Source: Candidatus Magasanikiibacteriota bacterium
GTDB taxonomy: Bacteria > Patescibacteriota > Patescibacteriia > Magasanikbacterales > UBA922
Length of the DNA: 64,000 nucleotides
NCBI GenBank assembly: GCA_016193335.1
Contig: JACPSK010000001.1
Span: forward strand, 343,424-407,423
Direction: 5' to 3'
A program made the translations under genes and the position numbers. Of this stretch, positions 39,962 to 49,774 are shown piece by piece (the first letter of the stretch is position 1; the number at the start of each line of letters is the position of its first letter). The notes under the pieces are model-generated. The model did not search any database, was not told the DNA's origin, and saw only the letters and a list, made by a program, of their open reading frames with translations.

Positions 39962-42469
39962 CTATAAACGCTCCATAACCAAACCATAGGATCGGTCTTG
40001 ATCCAAAATCCCGGAAAACATAATCCCGTTACTGCCGGCTTCGATGTTTTCGCCAGAATACCACACCGGCCTCCAGGCATCGGGGAAAATAAGCGTCGAA
40101 TCGAATTCACTATTTGTGCCTGACTGTTTTTGCACCAAGAGCGAATAACGCGCTGTCTCTGCTCTCTTGCCAGCGCCAAAACCTTGCCACATTGTTTCGG
40201 CGTAAGAAGAATCGCCTTGCTCTTGTTTATTAAAATCAAAATTAAAGGGAAGCCGATAAACAAAAAATACTTCAGAGTCTTCCCCCGGCTTTGTCCGTGT
40301 CCAATTCCCGAATGCCGTCTTGCCAAATTCCTGAGTAATGCCAGTACCTGTGTTCACATGCAGAGTCTGAGTATCAGCTATGGCCTTCAGATCCGGGTCA
40401 TTCTCATACCAAGGCTCAGGAGCCAAAAAAGATTCCTCTTCAGGAAAAGAAAAACCGCCGGCATCTAAAAGCTCTGAACCCAAGGGCACATACACTCTCA
40501 AATAATTAATGTTCGGAGCTCCATAAAAATCTTCACCCGGCCTGCCCTCATGTTCTCGTTTTATTTTAACATAAGCTATGGCGCTGCCATCCGCCTGTAC
40601 CGCAACCTGATGGCTGATATGCTGACGAATCCGGGCGTCACTTTTTTCTCCGCCGATATTTGAATTCACTACCATGAGATAGTCTTGGTTATCTTGGGTA
40701 GGAATAATTTCGCCGGACCAACCGAATGTCTTGATTTTTTCCTGAACTTTTTCATCAGTAAAATACAATTGAATTTCCTTTTCTTGCAGAGCTCCATGCA
40801 ACTCCACGACCAGACGCAAGAGCTGATCAGGTTCGAGATTCCGCGTTTCAAGGATGAGCTGATCCAGCACCGAAGCCAAAACTTCCTTTGGCTGATTTTT
40901 TTCTTTGTCATAGCTGTTTTCCACTTCGTCTTGCAAAACATTCAGGCTCTTGTCTGCATCCAAATTAATATCAAAGGCTTCATTATACACAGGACCAAGC
41001 ACCTTGAGCACTCGTTCCAAAACAGAGGCATTGATGGCAATAACTCCGTCCACCGAAGTCCCGCGGCTATGCTGGTAAAACCAAGACATTTTTTTTGCTG
41101 TAGCCGGAAAATCCGGAAACCAATTGGAATCGTGGAATTCCCAGCGGCCGTTTACCAACTGCAAGGGCAAGGGCGGTTTTAAAAAGGTATCAAGTTGCCC
41201 CTGGACCTCGTAGGCCCCGCCGCCGGGCAGATCAAGAGAAAGCAATTTGCCTTTTTGCAAATCCATGACCGCGAAACTGCCCATAAATCCGCCGCTGGCG
41301 CGGAGTTCATGATTATTTTGAAATACAAGGAGGTAACGCTTGAAATCATCAGCGCCAAGGATCATATTCAAGCCCTCAAGAACTTGATTCATGTCTTCCA
41401 TATCATCTATAAAAGCCCCGAACAAAATTTTGAACTCATCAAAAACAGATTGGTATTCCACGGGAAGACTCGCGTTATCAACACGCATCAATTCTTCCAA
41501 GGCGGCTTGATATTGTGGCAAAGCGCTTCTTATATGCGCTCTAAATACGGACAATCTATCCGTGGGACTCAGGTCTTTTGCACGGGTCATTTCATCAACT
41601 CCTTTTACCAAATAGGTATTGCCAAGCGCCACATGATGACCGGCCTGCAACAAATCTTGCCTGCTTCTCACTTGTTTGCCAACGACGGGCAAAAGCTCAA
41701 CAACATACAAAAGGGCTTTATATTGTTTATCAATGATAGATTCGGTCTCGGCAAAAGAATTAAGAGCTTCGTTCAAATCATATTGAGCTTGATCAATATT
41801 GCTCGACAAAGCAGCGATGGTAGAAGACTGGAGAGACAAAAAAGCGTCAACACTTTTTTGAACCGCGTAAGAACTGTCCGACTTGATCTGGCGATAATAT
41901 GAAAGAGTCGGGTAAGGCAAAGTGACAGAAACAAACAAAACGATGAATCCATAAGAAAGACGTTTTAGGTCAAAATGTTGCCGTAAAGCGGCAAGGGGAC
42001 GATTTAGGATCATTTTCAACTCTCGAAGTGAAAAAAAAGAAACATGAAACCCGAGGAGCTGTGTTGAAAAAACGCGGGATAGTATTTTTTTGAGCGGAAA
42101 AAAATGCTCGCCTTTCCTGATTGGTGCAGAGGCCCGTTTCAGAGACTTTTCCGGTTTCAAAGGATTGTTGGCTTGTCTTACCAAAGCGGCGAAATCAATG
42201 TTTTGTCTTTTTTCAGTGAAAGACTGTTCTCGGTAAACCTCTACTCGTTCGGAGTGCCTTGGCTTCAGACTCCCAAGGTCAACGAGGTGGGGAGAGCTGA
42301 GCGGTTTTTGGTGCGCGTTAACAAAAATATACGCCGGCCCCTTGTCTTTGCTCTTTCTATTCTCGCAAGTCAATTTTGTATGACCCGGGATACGACAAAC
42401 AGAGCATTTTCGCTTTGCCCTTCCTTCTTTCCGACCGGCTTCCTTTTTTAACTTACGAGAACTACTCAT
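39962..42469 (-). CDS. Membrane protein with an N-terminal CCHC zinc knuckle and a large extracytoplasmic domain (DUF4012-like)
   Basis: CSVCRIPGHTKLTC matches CX2CX4HX4C exactly. A TM follows (YGFIVLFVSVTLPYPTLSYY), then about 650 aa. Confidence 0.4.
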   Translation of the reverse strand: MSSSRKLKKEAGRKEGRAKRKCSVCRIPGHTKLTCENRKSKDKGPAYIFVNAHQKPLSSPHLVDLGSLKPRHSERVEVYREQSFTEKRQNIDFAALVRQANNPLKPEKSLKRASAPIRKGEHFFPLKKILSRVFSTQLLGFHVSFFSLRELKMILNRPLAALRQHFDLKRLSYGFIVLFVSVTLPYPTLSYYRQIKSDSSYAVQKSVDAFLSLQSSTIAALSSNIDQAQYDLNEALNSFAETESIIDKQYKALLYVVELLPVVGKQVRSRQDLLQAGHHVALGNTYLVKGVDEMTRAKDLSPTDRLSVFRAHIRSALPQYQAALEELMRVDNASLPVEYQSVFDEFKILFGAFIDDMEDMNQVLEGLNMILGADDFKRYLLVFQNNHELRASGGFMGSFAVMDLQKGKLLSLDLPGGGAYEVQGQLDTFLKPPLPLQLVNGRWEFHDSNWFPDFPATAKKMSWFYQHSRGTSVDGVIAINASVLERVLKVLGPVYNEAFDINLDADKSLNVLQDEVENSYDKEKNQPKEVLASVLDQLILETRNLEPDQLLRLVVELHGALQEKEIQLYFTDEKVQEKIKTFGWSGEIIPTQDNQDYLMVVNSNIGGEKSDARIRQHISHQVAVQADGSAIAYVKIKREHEGRPGEDFYGAPNINYLRVYVPLGSELLDAGGFSFPEEESFLAPEPWYENDPDLKAIADTQTLHVNTGTGITQEFGKTAFGNWTRTKPGEDSEVFFVYRLPFNFDFNKQEQGDSSYAETMWQGFGAGKRAETARYSLLVQKQSGTNSEFDSTLIFPDAWRPVWYSGENIEAGSNGIMFSGILDQDRSYGLVMERL

Positions 42470-42645
42470 GATATGAGTTCATTTTTTATTAAGTATACCA
42501 CAAAAAATATAGGGTTCACAAACCTCGTAGAGTGTGTGTGATTAGTAATTTTTAATTTGTAATTTATAATTTTTAATTCCGAGACGCGAGTATAATCTAT
42601 TATGATTTGCTAACAGAAACCTTGGTTCTCTCACCATTCCAACGT

Positions 42646-43797
42646 TCATCCCGTTTGATCGAGATAAACATTCCTGGTAATGCCGGCCAGAGTATCCCAT
42701 GAATATCTAAGCAGCTCAGACCGGGCGGCTTGTCTCAGCTCATATCTTAGATCAGAATCGCTGAGAACTCGGTGTATGGCATCTGCCATCTGATCGGCGC
42801 TCATGGGATCCACATACGAAGCGGCCCCGCCCAAAATTTCCGGAATGCTACCCGCGTGAGAACTGATTACCGGCAATCCTCTGCTCATGGCTTCAAGCGG
42901 AGGCAAGCCGAAACCTTCATAGAGACTGGGGAACACAAAACATTCGGCTTTTTTGTACAAAAGGTCCAGATCCGCGTCAGAGACAAAACCCGTGTATAAA
43001 ACTTGTTTTGTCTGCACGCCGCGATTAAGCCCGCGAAATAGTTCCGAGTCAGTTAAATTTTTATAAGCGAAATCTTCTTTCCCTACTAAAACAAGCTGCC
43101 GTAGATTGCCATAGCGCTCACCATATACGTCCCAAGCCTTGAGCAATGTGTTCAAATTTTTGTGCGGATAAGCCGCTCCCACATAGAGAATAAAAGGCTT
43201 CTGAATTCCATGCACAGACAGTGTCGTTTCTTCATTTCCACTTTTATTTTCATAAGAATGCTCAAGACCGAAAGGAGCCTGGTATGTTACCTGTATCTTA
43301 TCTGCGGATACGCCAAGCATACCCACTATATCGTGCTTGGTATATTCACTGGTGGCAAATATATGACGCGCCGAGCCTGCCGCGTGGCGCAAGACCGATT
43401 TATACGCAAGGTGTTTAAATTTATAATACAAAGGGTTCAGAGTGCTGGCGCTCTCGTCCGGATAATGCAAGAGCAAAAGATCATGGATAGTGAGCACAAA
43501 GGGTTTTCTATATGAAAGCGGTACATTCCAATGCGGAAAATGCATCAGATCAACTCTTTCTTGTTGGAAAATTTTTGTGAGTTTGGTCTGTTCTTCCCAA
43601 CCATACCAATGAATATCAGCCAAAACTTTTTTGAAACACGGATTCTTGGGTTCGTATTCTCGCCAATTATCTTTTTTGAAAAATAAAACATACTCGTGTT
43701 CTCGTTCGATTTTCTCAAGATGCAAAACCAATTGCTGTATATAGCGCCCTATGCCGAATCCACTTCCCCACATACGAGCGTCTATGCCTATTTTCAT
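42646..43797 (-). CDS. Glycosyltransferase family 4 (GT-B, GT1/GT4 clan)
   Basis: C-terminal EGFGLPPLEAMSRGLPVI (E-X7-E region); 383 aa. Confidence 0.75.
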   Translation of the reverse strand: MKIGIDARMWGSGFGIGRYIQQLVLHLEKIEREHEYVLFFKKDNWREYEPKNPCFKKVLADIHWYGWEEQTKLTKIFQQERVDLMHFPHWNVPLSYRKPFVLTIHDLLLLHYPDESASTLNPLYYKFKHLAYKSVLRHAAGSARHIFATSEYTKHDIVGMLGVSADKIQVTYQAPFGLEHSYENKSGNEETTLSVHGIQKPFILYVGAAYPHKNLNTLLKAWDVYGERYGNLRQLVLVGKEDFAYKNLTDSELFRGLNRGVQTKQVLYTGFVSDADLDLLYKKAECFVFPSLYEGFGLPPLEAMSRGLPVISSHAGSIPEILGGAASYVDPMSADQMADAIHRVLSDSDLRYELRQAARSELLRYSWDTLAGITRNVYLDQTG

Positions 43798-43981
43798 AGA
43801 TTTCAGTTAATCGAAGTAATCCTACCATTAGGCTTTATTCAGAGTCAAAAAAGTGTCCAACCCATAAAGAGCCCAAAGCTATGTACAAAAAACCAACACT
43901 GTGTTAAAGTCATTTGATTCTTCAAAATCAACGAAGAAGAATCGTGGACCAACCGGGCCGAGTGTCAGGACGGAGGAGAGC

Positions 43982-44665
43982 ATGAACATCAAACCTGTAT
44001 CCGTGGCCTGCCAAGAAGGCGTGGAAGATTGGGAGCGCGAGGCCGTGCTCCATGCCATACGCCTGGTCTTGGAAACCGGACGGGTGTTGCATTCTACGGA
44101 GATCGTGGACTGCGGTCTTTGGCGGAGTGATGCTTGGCTTTCCTCTCAAGGAGAGCTAAGCGCTTGGGAGAGCGTGGATTGGTATATCTCCCACGCTCGG
44201 GCCGAGAGCTCGAGACCCACTCAGCTCAACGGGCACACGCTGATGCGGCTCCTCCTGGCTGAGCCATGCCGACGTGAAAAAGACGGAGACCACTACGACG
44301 CGCTGGTCGTTGCAGACGACATGTACGACGGGGGCGAGACCAACTTCGTGCTCGGCCTCGGAGCCCCGGGACTTGGTACTGTGTTGTCGGTCAACCGTCT
44401 TCGGAGTCTGGAGCCTGAGCTTGCGAGCCTCTGCATCAGCACGCTTGCTCTGCACGAATTCGGACATGCTTGCGGTTTGATCGCGGACGACCGAAGAGAG
44501 AACTTCGAAACCTCGCTCGGACGACATTGCACGAATCGCTGCGTAATGCGCCAGGGCCTCTATGTGCCGCAGGACTGGATCCGCTTCACTGAGGAACGTC
44601 TGGAGGAAGGCCGAAACTTCTGCGCCCAGTGCAGGGACGAGCTGGGCCGTTGGTTTCGGAGATAG
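43982..44665 (+). CDS. Archaemetzincin-like (M54-type) zinc metalloprotease, GC-rich island
   Basis: HEFGHACGL...RHCTNRCVM...FCAQC approximates the archaemetzincin HEXXHXXG...CX3-4CXM...CXXC pattern. About 58% GC versus about 40% in the flanks; opposite strand to the surrounding GT genes; SD ggaggagagcATG. Confidence 0.5.
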   Translation: MNIKPVSVACQEGVEDWEREAVLHAIRLVLETGRVLHSTEIVDCGLWRSDAWLSSQGELSAWESVDWYISHARAESSRPTQLNGHTLMRLLLAEPCRREKDGDHYDALVVADDMYDGGETNFVLGLGAPGLGTVLSVNRLRSLEPELASLCISTLALHEFGHACGLIADDRRENFETSLGRHCTNRCVMRQGLYVPQDWIRFTEERLEEGRNFCAQCRDELGRWFRR

Positions 44666-44672
44666 GAGACAC

Positions 44673-44708
44673 GAATCTCACTCGCGAGGGTGAGATTCTT
44701 CATTTTAT
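44673..44708 (+). terminator. Rho-independent terminator after the metalloprotease gene
   Basis: gaatctcac-tcgcgagg-gtgagattc perfect 9-bp stem followed by ttcatttta. Confidence 0.55.
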
Positions 44709-44928
44709 GGACCCTAGAAATAATCTACTATTTTCTACGGATGCCGATAAAACTTTGTGTCTAATGCTGAATTACAAAAAATAAAATCCTTCTGAAAATC
44801 CCCCACCGGGGAAGATACCACGAAAACATTAAAACAAAATAAACCTTATTTCTAGAGCCTCACCTCAAAAATAATTTTGAGCTGGAGTTCTAAATACTCT
44901 ATCCCAAACTAACCAAGAATGAATTACA

Positions 44929-46062
44929 TCACATAGAATGGATAAGAGACAAAAATTGAAGCGCTGTTTTCTCCCAACTGAAAAAAATAGACCTAACCAA
45001 AGCCTTTTGGGAATAATAGCCGGCCAAGACAGTATCCTCTGCCAGAAGTTTTATGGCATGAGCAAGTTCAGAAACATTATATGGATTCACGAGATAAGCA
45101 GCGTCTGAAACGAGCTCTGGTAATGAAGAACGGCTACTTGTGATAACCGGAAGACCGGCTGACATAGCCTCGAGCACGGGGAACCCAAAGCCCTCATACA
45201 AACTTGGATACACAAAAATACGGGCCAATTTATACAAAGCGCATTTATCTTCATGTTTTACATAGCCTACATACCGGGCCTTCCGAGTCTCTGCCATTGC
45301 CCGGTGTATCGAATGTGTTTTCCATCCTTCCGGCCCGGCGATGATAAGATGATAACCCTTGTCCGCCAGTCTGCTCAATTCAAAAGCCTTGAGCAGAGCT
45401 TGAATATTTTTTCGAGGTTCCAAAGTCCCAAGAAAAAAAAGATATTTCTCCGGCAAAGCATAAGCTTGCCTGACTGCTTCTAACCCGGAATTCTCTCGTT
45501 TCATGGCTGAAGAAATACCGGGATATAAAATCTGTATTTTGTCTGCTTCCAAAGCATACTGCGTGATAAGATCTTGCCTCGTATTTTCTGACGGTACGAA
45601 TATACGATCCGCTCCAAGGCACTGCGAGCGCGGATTGATAATTCTGTGCCGCCATTGTTGTTTGAAGGTAAAACAGTCCGGCAACAATTCAAAAGAAAGA
45701 TCATGAACAGTCAATATGACTTTGCTTGTCTTTGACCACGAAGAGAAATGGAGATTCGGGAAAAACATACAATCAATCTTTCTGCCAATCTTTGATTCCA
45801 AAAAACGGTCAAGACGCGGATGGCCTGAAATCGCGATGCTCCCATGCAAAAATTTATTGGGTAAACGAGTGGAAACATATTGTACATTATCGTAATTCCA
45901 CTTTGGTAGATAGCTAGAAACGTCTTCAAACGAATTATAAAAAAGAACATAATGATTGCTCCGGTCAATCGAAAAGAGAGCGGCAAGAAGCTCAAAGGTA
46001 TATTCCCCAACACCCGTACGCAAGGGGCTTGCGAGACATCTGATGTCAATGGCTATAACCAC
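44929..46062 (-). CDS. Glycosyltransferase family 4
   Basis: EGFGFPVLEAMSAGLPVI motif; 377 aa. Confidence 0.75.
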   Translation of the reverse strand: MVIAIDIRCLASPLRTGVGEYTFELLAALFSIDRSNHYVLFYNSFEDVSSYLPKWNYDNVQYVSTRLPNKFLHGSIAISGHPRLDRFLESKIGRKIDCMFFPNLHFSSWSKTSKVILTVHDLSFELLPDCFTFKQQWRHRIINPRSQCLGADRIFVPSENTRQDLITQYALEADKIQILYPGISSAMKRENSGLEAVRQAYALPEKYLFFLGTLEPRKNIQALLKAFELSRLADKGYHLIIAGPEGWKTHSIHRAMAETRKARYVGYVKHEDKCALYKLARIFVYPSLYEGFGFPVLEAMSAGLPVITSSRSSLPELVSDAAYLVNPYNVSELAHAIKLLAEDTVLAGYYSQKALVRSIFFSWEKTALQFLSLIHSM

Positions 46063-46300
46063 AGATTAAAATTTTTAATTTATAATTTGTAATGACACAA
46101 TTTCTAATGAGGTAAATAAAACACTGTCATCCGAAAGATACCGCAGAGATTCAGTCATTAGAAATGAATCACTTCGCAGCAAGCTAACGAGGTATCAAAT
46201 ACCAAACTCAGGAAGAAATTCGCAGCAGAGCTGCGGGGAACTAACCCCGAAGGGATTAGAAATTAAGAGAATAAATTATAAATTGGAAATTGTTTACAAA

Positions 46301-47470
46301 TTAAAAATTAAAAATTTTGTTATTATTTACATAAAAATCCAAACGGCATTGATTCAGCCCGCGCAAAAATTCTTCATAGTGGTTTTCCACATAGCGCCGC
46401 ATTCGCTCTTTGAACTGTTTCTTGTCAAAACGTTCGGCCCAGTGACGAATGTCCTGGCTATTCCATGCGTAAGGGTCAAAATTAAGCACAGCGTCATATA
46501 AAGATTCCCAATTCTGTTCATGAAAAAAAATACCTGTTCTGCCCGGAATCAAAGTCTCGGTAACGCCTCCCTCTCTATACGCTATCACCGGCCGTCCGCT
46601 TGCCATAGATTCGATGGGCGTAATGCCCAGGTCTTCCACCTGAGGATGCACAAAGGCTTTTGCCCTGCTCAACAGGTCTGCTTTGTCTTTTTCATTGATT
46701 TTACCTAAAAACTGAATATTTCTTCTGGCCCTCTTTCGGAGGGACTCCAATTCCGGCCCCGAGCCGAAAATTTTGAGAGGAACCTTGAGTCTATTGAAAG
46801 CCTGAACCAGCAAATCAAAACGCTTGTAGGGGACGAGCCTGCCGCCGGAAACAAAATAGCTTCCTATATCATTTGATATATAAAATCGTTCCACATCCAC
46901 CGGCGGGTAAATCACATCGCTTTCACGGCGATAATACTTCGCGATTCTTCCCTGTACGGTCCTCGAGTTCGCGATAAAACGATCCACCCGGTCTACGCTC
47001 ATTTTATCCCAAAGCCGAAGTTTATGAATCAAACGAGGCAAAAGAGACTTCACCACGCGGTTGTACTTGAGATCTGCCAAATACTTGTAGGTATCAGTCC
47101 ACAAATAACGCGTTGGCGTGTGGCAATACGACACATGAAAAGTATCAGGCCGCGTAAGAACCCCTTTGGCGAAAGCGCTGGTGGATGACAAGACAACGTC
47201 AAAGCGATTTAAATCATGCCGTTCCGTGGCCAAAGGCATCCAAGGAAGATACCATTGATACCGCGTTTTCCCAAAAGGCATTTTTGCGATAAAAGACTGG
47301 CGCACATCCGCGTCTTTTGAAAAATCACTGATTTTTTTGCGGTCATGAAACAACACAAAAATCGGAGCCTCGGGCCACAATTCATGAAAAGCTTGAAGCA
47401 CGCGTTCCGCGCCGCCGTCCTGAGAAAGATAATCATGCACCAAGGCAATTTTCATAATGTGATAAGGCAA
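46301..47470 (-). CDS. Glycosyltransferase family 4
   Basis: IESMASGRPVIAYREGGVTE region, GT-B fold length of 389 aa. Start may be MKIALVHDY at 47455. Confidence 0.7.
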   Translation of the reverse strand: MPYHIMKIALVHDYLSQDGGAERVLQAFHELWPEAPIFVLFHDRKKISDFSKDADVRQSFIAKMPFGKTRYQWYLPWMPLATERHDLNRFDVVLSSTSAFAKGVLTRPDTFHVSYCHTPTRYLWTDTYKYLADLKYNRVVKSLLPRLIHKLRLWDKMSVDRVDRFIANSRTVQGRIAKYYRRESDVIYPPVDVERFYISNDIGSYFVSGGRLVPYKRFDLLVQAFNRLKVPLKIFGSGPELESLRKRARRNIQFLGKINEKDKADLLSRAKAFVHPQVEDLGITPIESMASGRPVIAYREGGVTETLIPGRTGIFFHEQNWESLYDAVLNFDPYAWNSQDIRHWAERFDKKQFKERMRRYVENHYEEFLRGLNQCRLDFYVNNNKIFNF

Positions 47471-47643
47471 GATTGGAAATACTGAAGATGCTTATTAAAA
47501 AAATCCGCAATCCAGAGCCACTTTATGAAGCAACTCATAAGGAAATCCGTTTTAGATTGACTCAACGCTATTTCGGAATATATTCTGATTATTGCTTAGC
47601 CGGTTCTTACACTAAAATTGTTTAAAAATGAAAAATAAAAACT

Positions 47644-49062
47644 CTACAAAGCCCGTCTTTTTTTAAATAGAATAAAAGGAGTTTTGAGAAAAATAATCAT
47701 GTCCAAAAATAAACTCCAACGCTCCATATACAAAATATCCAACTTCATCTCCTCTTCAAATGAAAGATCACTGCGCCCTGAAATCTGGGAAAGTCCGGTA
47801 ATCCCGGGCTTAATGGAAAAAATCGACTTATGATGTTTTTCATAAGCCTCCACTTCCCTCGGCTGGTGAGGTCTGGGGCCCACCAGACTCATCTCCCCTT
47901 TTAAAACATTATAAAACTGGGGCAATTCGTCCAAGCTCCAACGCCTTATGAAGGCTCCCACTTTTGTCACGCGGGGATCATCACCTATTTTGTAAATGGG
48001 TCCTTCTTTTGTGCCTTGTTTCCGTATCAATTCTTGTTCTCGCTCTTCGGCTTTTTTGCCCGAACTGCCAAATTGAGCGCCCGTGCATTCATCTTGGTAC
48101 ATGGAACGAAATTTGAAAGTAAAAAAATGCTTCCCTCTAAGACCCACGCGTTCATTTTTGTAAATAACCGGAGAACCTGTTTCTGCGTACACGGCCAAAA
48201 GCACCAAAATCATAAGAGGCCCAAGCGCAATAAGCGCTACAAGGCTCAACAAGGTATCAAAAACTGTTTTGATAACAGAACCCCAGCCGTCCAGACGCAC
48301 CCGTTTGAGTTCCACTATGGGGATACCGCCCACCGGATGGACCGACATGTTGCTGGTATAGGTGGAAAATAAATCAGCTGAATACTTAAATGTTATATGG
48401 CGCTCATTGCAATAATCCAAAGCTTGGATGGCCTCCTCTTCATGCGCACGGGGATTGGCAAACAAAAATTCATCTATCTCCATGCCGTCGAGTTTTTTTA
48501 CCAGAATTGAATCATAGCAAGGAAAAATGCCGAGCACGCGATATCCGAATTCAGGCCTCTCGCGAAACGTGGACGCGATCGTTTCGGCGAAACGCTGATC
48601 GCCCACGATTACGATAGTACGAAGTCCAATAGACAAACGGTACAAAATACCTTTCAGACCTCGCATCAAAAGACGACCCAAGACAACATACACAAGCGCG
48701 AAAAACCAGGCCGCGGCCACCAAAAACCGTGAATCAAAAAGTTGCTGACTAAACATCAAATACATGGCAAGAAAAGCAAGGCCTGTGGAGCAGGCGACAA
48801 AAATTCTGTTCAGGATATTGGAAAACCTCCGATTCGGGTTTGGAGAATACAAACCAACCATAGCGAATATAAGAAGCCAGACAGTCGCCATCCAAAAAAC
48901 AATACCCATGAATTCGGAAAGATCCAACTCAAACATAACCGGACGCAAAGCCAAAGCCCAATCGCTAAAACGGGCATAATAGGCCGAGAGACCCGCCAAA
49001 AGCAACATAAACAAGTCTACGGGGACCTGCAAAACCATGAGTAAAATCTCTGTTTTTTTCAT
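47644..49062 (-). CDS. Undecaprenyl-phosphate sugar phosphotransferase (bacterial sugar transferase, WbaP/EpsL type)
   Basis: N-terminal TM bundle, then the C-terminal 'bacterial sugar transferase' signature PGITGLSQISGRSDLSFEEEMKLDILY. Start set at MKKTEILLM (49062). Confidence 0.75.
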   Translation of the reverse strand: MKKTEILLMVLQVPVDLFMLLLAGLSAYYARFSDWALALRPVMFELDLSEFMGIVFWMATVWLLIFAMVGLYSPNPNRRFSNILNRIFVACSTGLAFLAMYLMFSQQLFDSRFLVAAAWFFALVYVVLGRLLMRGLKGILYRLSIGLRTIVIVGDQRFAETIASTFRERPEFGYRVLGIFPCYDSILVKKLDGMEIDEFLFANPRAHEEEAIQALDYCNERHITFKYSADLFSTYTSNMSVHPVGGIPIVELKRVRLDGWGSVIKTVFDTLLSLVALIALGPLMILVLLAVYAETGSPVIYKNERVGLRGKHFFTFKFRSMYQDECTGAQFGSSGKKAEEREQELIRKQGTKEGPIYKIGDDPRVTKVGAFIRRWSLDELPQFYNVLKGEMSLVGPRPHQPREVEAYEKHHKSIFSIKPGITGLSQISGRSDLSFEEEMKLDILYMERWSLFLDMIIFLKTPFILFKKRRAL

Positions 49063-49302
49063 AGCTTTTGATTCATTGATTTTGTTGATTACATAATACT
49101 CAAATACACCCCCAGGGTCAATGGAAGCAAGACCCTGGATTTTGCTCCGTTTGCCATAAAAGAGACTGCAGCGCCGAACCGTTCTCATTGTTATAAATCA
49201 TGCCAATTTAGTCTCAAAAATTAAAATCGTAAATTAAAAATCAAAAATTTTGTTCAGTCCCTAACAATCTTGACCAAGCATCCGATTTGTGTTATATTTG
49301 GA

Positions 49303-49719
49303 CCGTCTTACTCACGGAAGACAGTCGATCCGGCACATGCCGGATAGGAAAGTCCGAACTCCTTATGCGAAAGCATGGACAATAGATAGTGGGTAACGCC
49401 CACCCCCGGCTCGGCGACGAGTTAGGGCGGGAAAGTGCCACAGAGACGATACTATCCCGATCTAATCGGGAAAAAGGTGAAACGTGTGAGGGTGTGTTGA
49501 TAGGCCGGAGCATATGCGCCATATCAACGCTACTTCACTTCCCGGCTTAGCCGGGATGGCAAACCCTATCTGGAGAAAGAGCAGCCCTTCCCGATTAAAT
49601 CGGGATTGGAAAAGTTAGCTCGTTTGAGCCTAGCAGCAATGCCAGGCCTAGAGAAATGACTGTCGCTCCTGATGAAAATCAGGATGTCACAGAATTCGGC
49701 TTACCTGTGGGTAAGATAA
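49303..49719 (+). ncRNA. rnpB: RNase P RNA, bacterial type A
   Basis: P1 (cgtcttactcacgg with cctgtgggtaag), P2 (gacagtcg with gactgtc), P3 hairpin (atccggcacatgccggat), P4 aggaaagtcc...; conserved gggtaacgccc, gccacagagacga, aggtgaaac, cctagagaaatgactgtcgc and cacagaattcggcttac blocks in canonical order. Confidence 0.85.
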
Positions 49720-49721
49720 TA

Positions 49722-49755
49722 AAAACTCGGCTTTTGATAAGCCGAGTTTTTATTA
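49722..49755 (+). terminator. Rho-independent terminator after rnpB
   Basis: aaaaactcggctt-ttgat-aagccgagttttt followed by a T-run. Confidence 0.6.
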
Positions 49756-49774
49756 TTTTCTGAAATTTTTTATC

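Noticed and set aside
39949-40326. 125-aa ORF overlapping the 3' end of the 39962-42469 gene in a different frame
   Set aside because: It is on the same strand and almost entirely inside the larger, motif-bearing ORF, so it is most likely spurious.
42541-49252. AT-rich repeated intergenic blocks as a CRISPR array
   Set aside because: The copies are not regularly spaced, are separated by whole genes, and vary in sequence and orientation. No cas genes are present.
49292-49522. 76-aa minus-strand ORF at 49292-49522
   Set aside because: It lies inside the RNase P RNA gene, whose conserved helices P1-P4 and universal blocks are all present on the plus strand.
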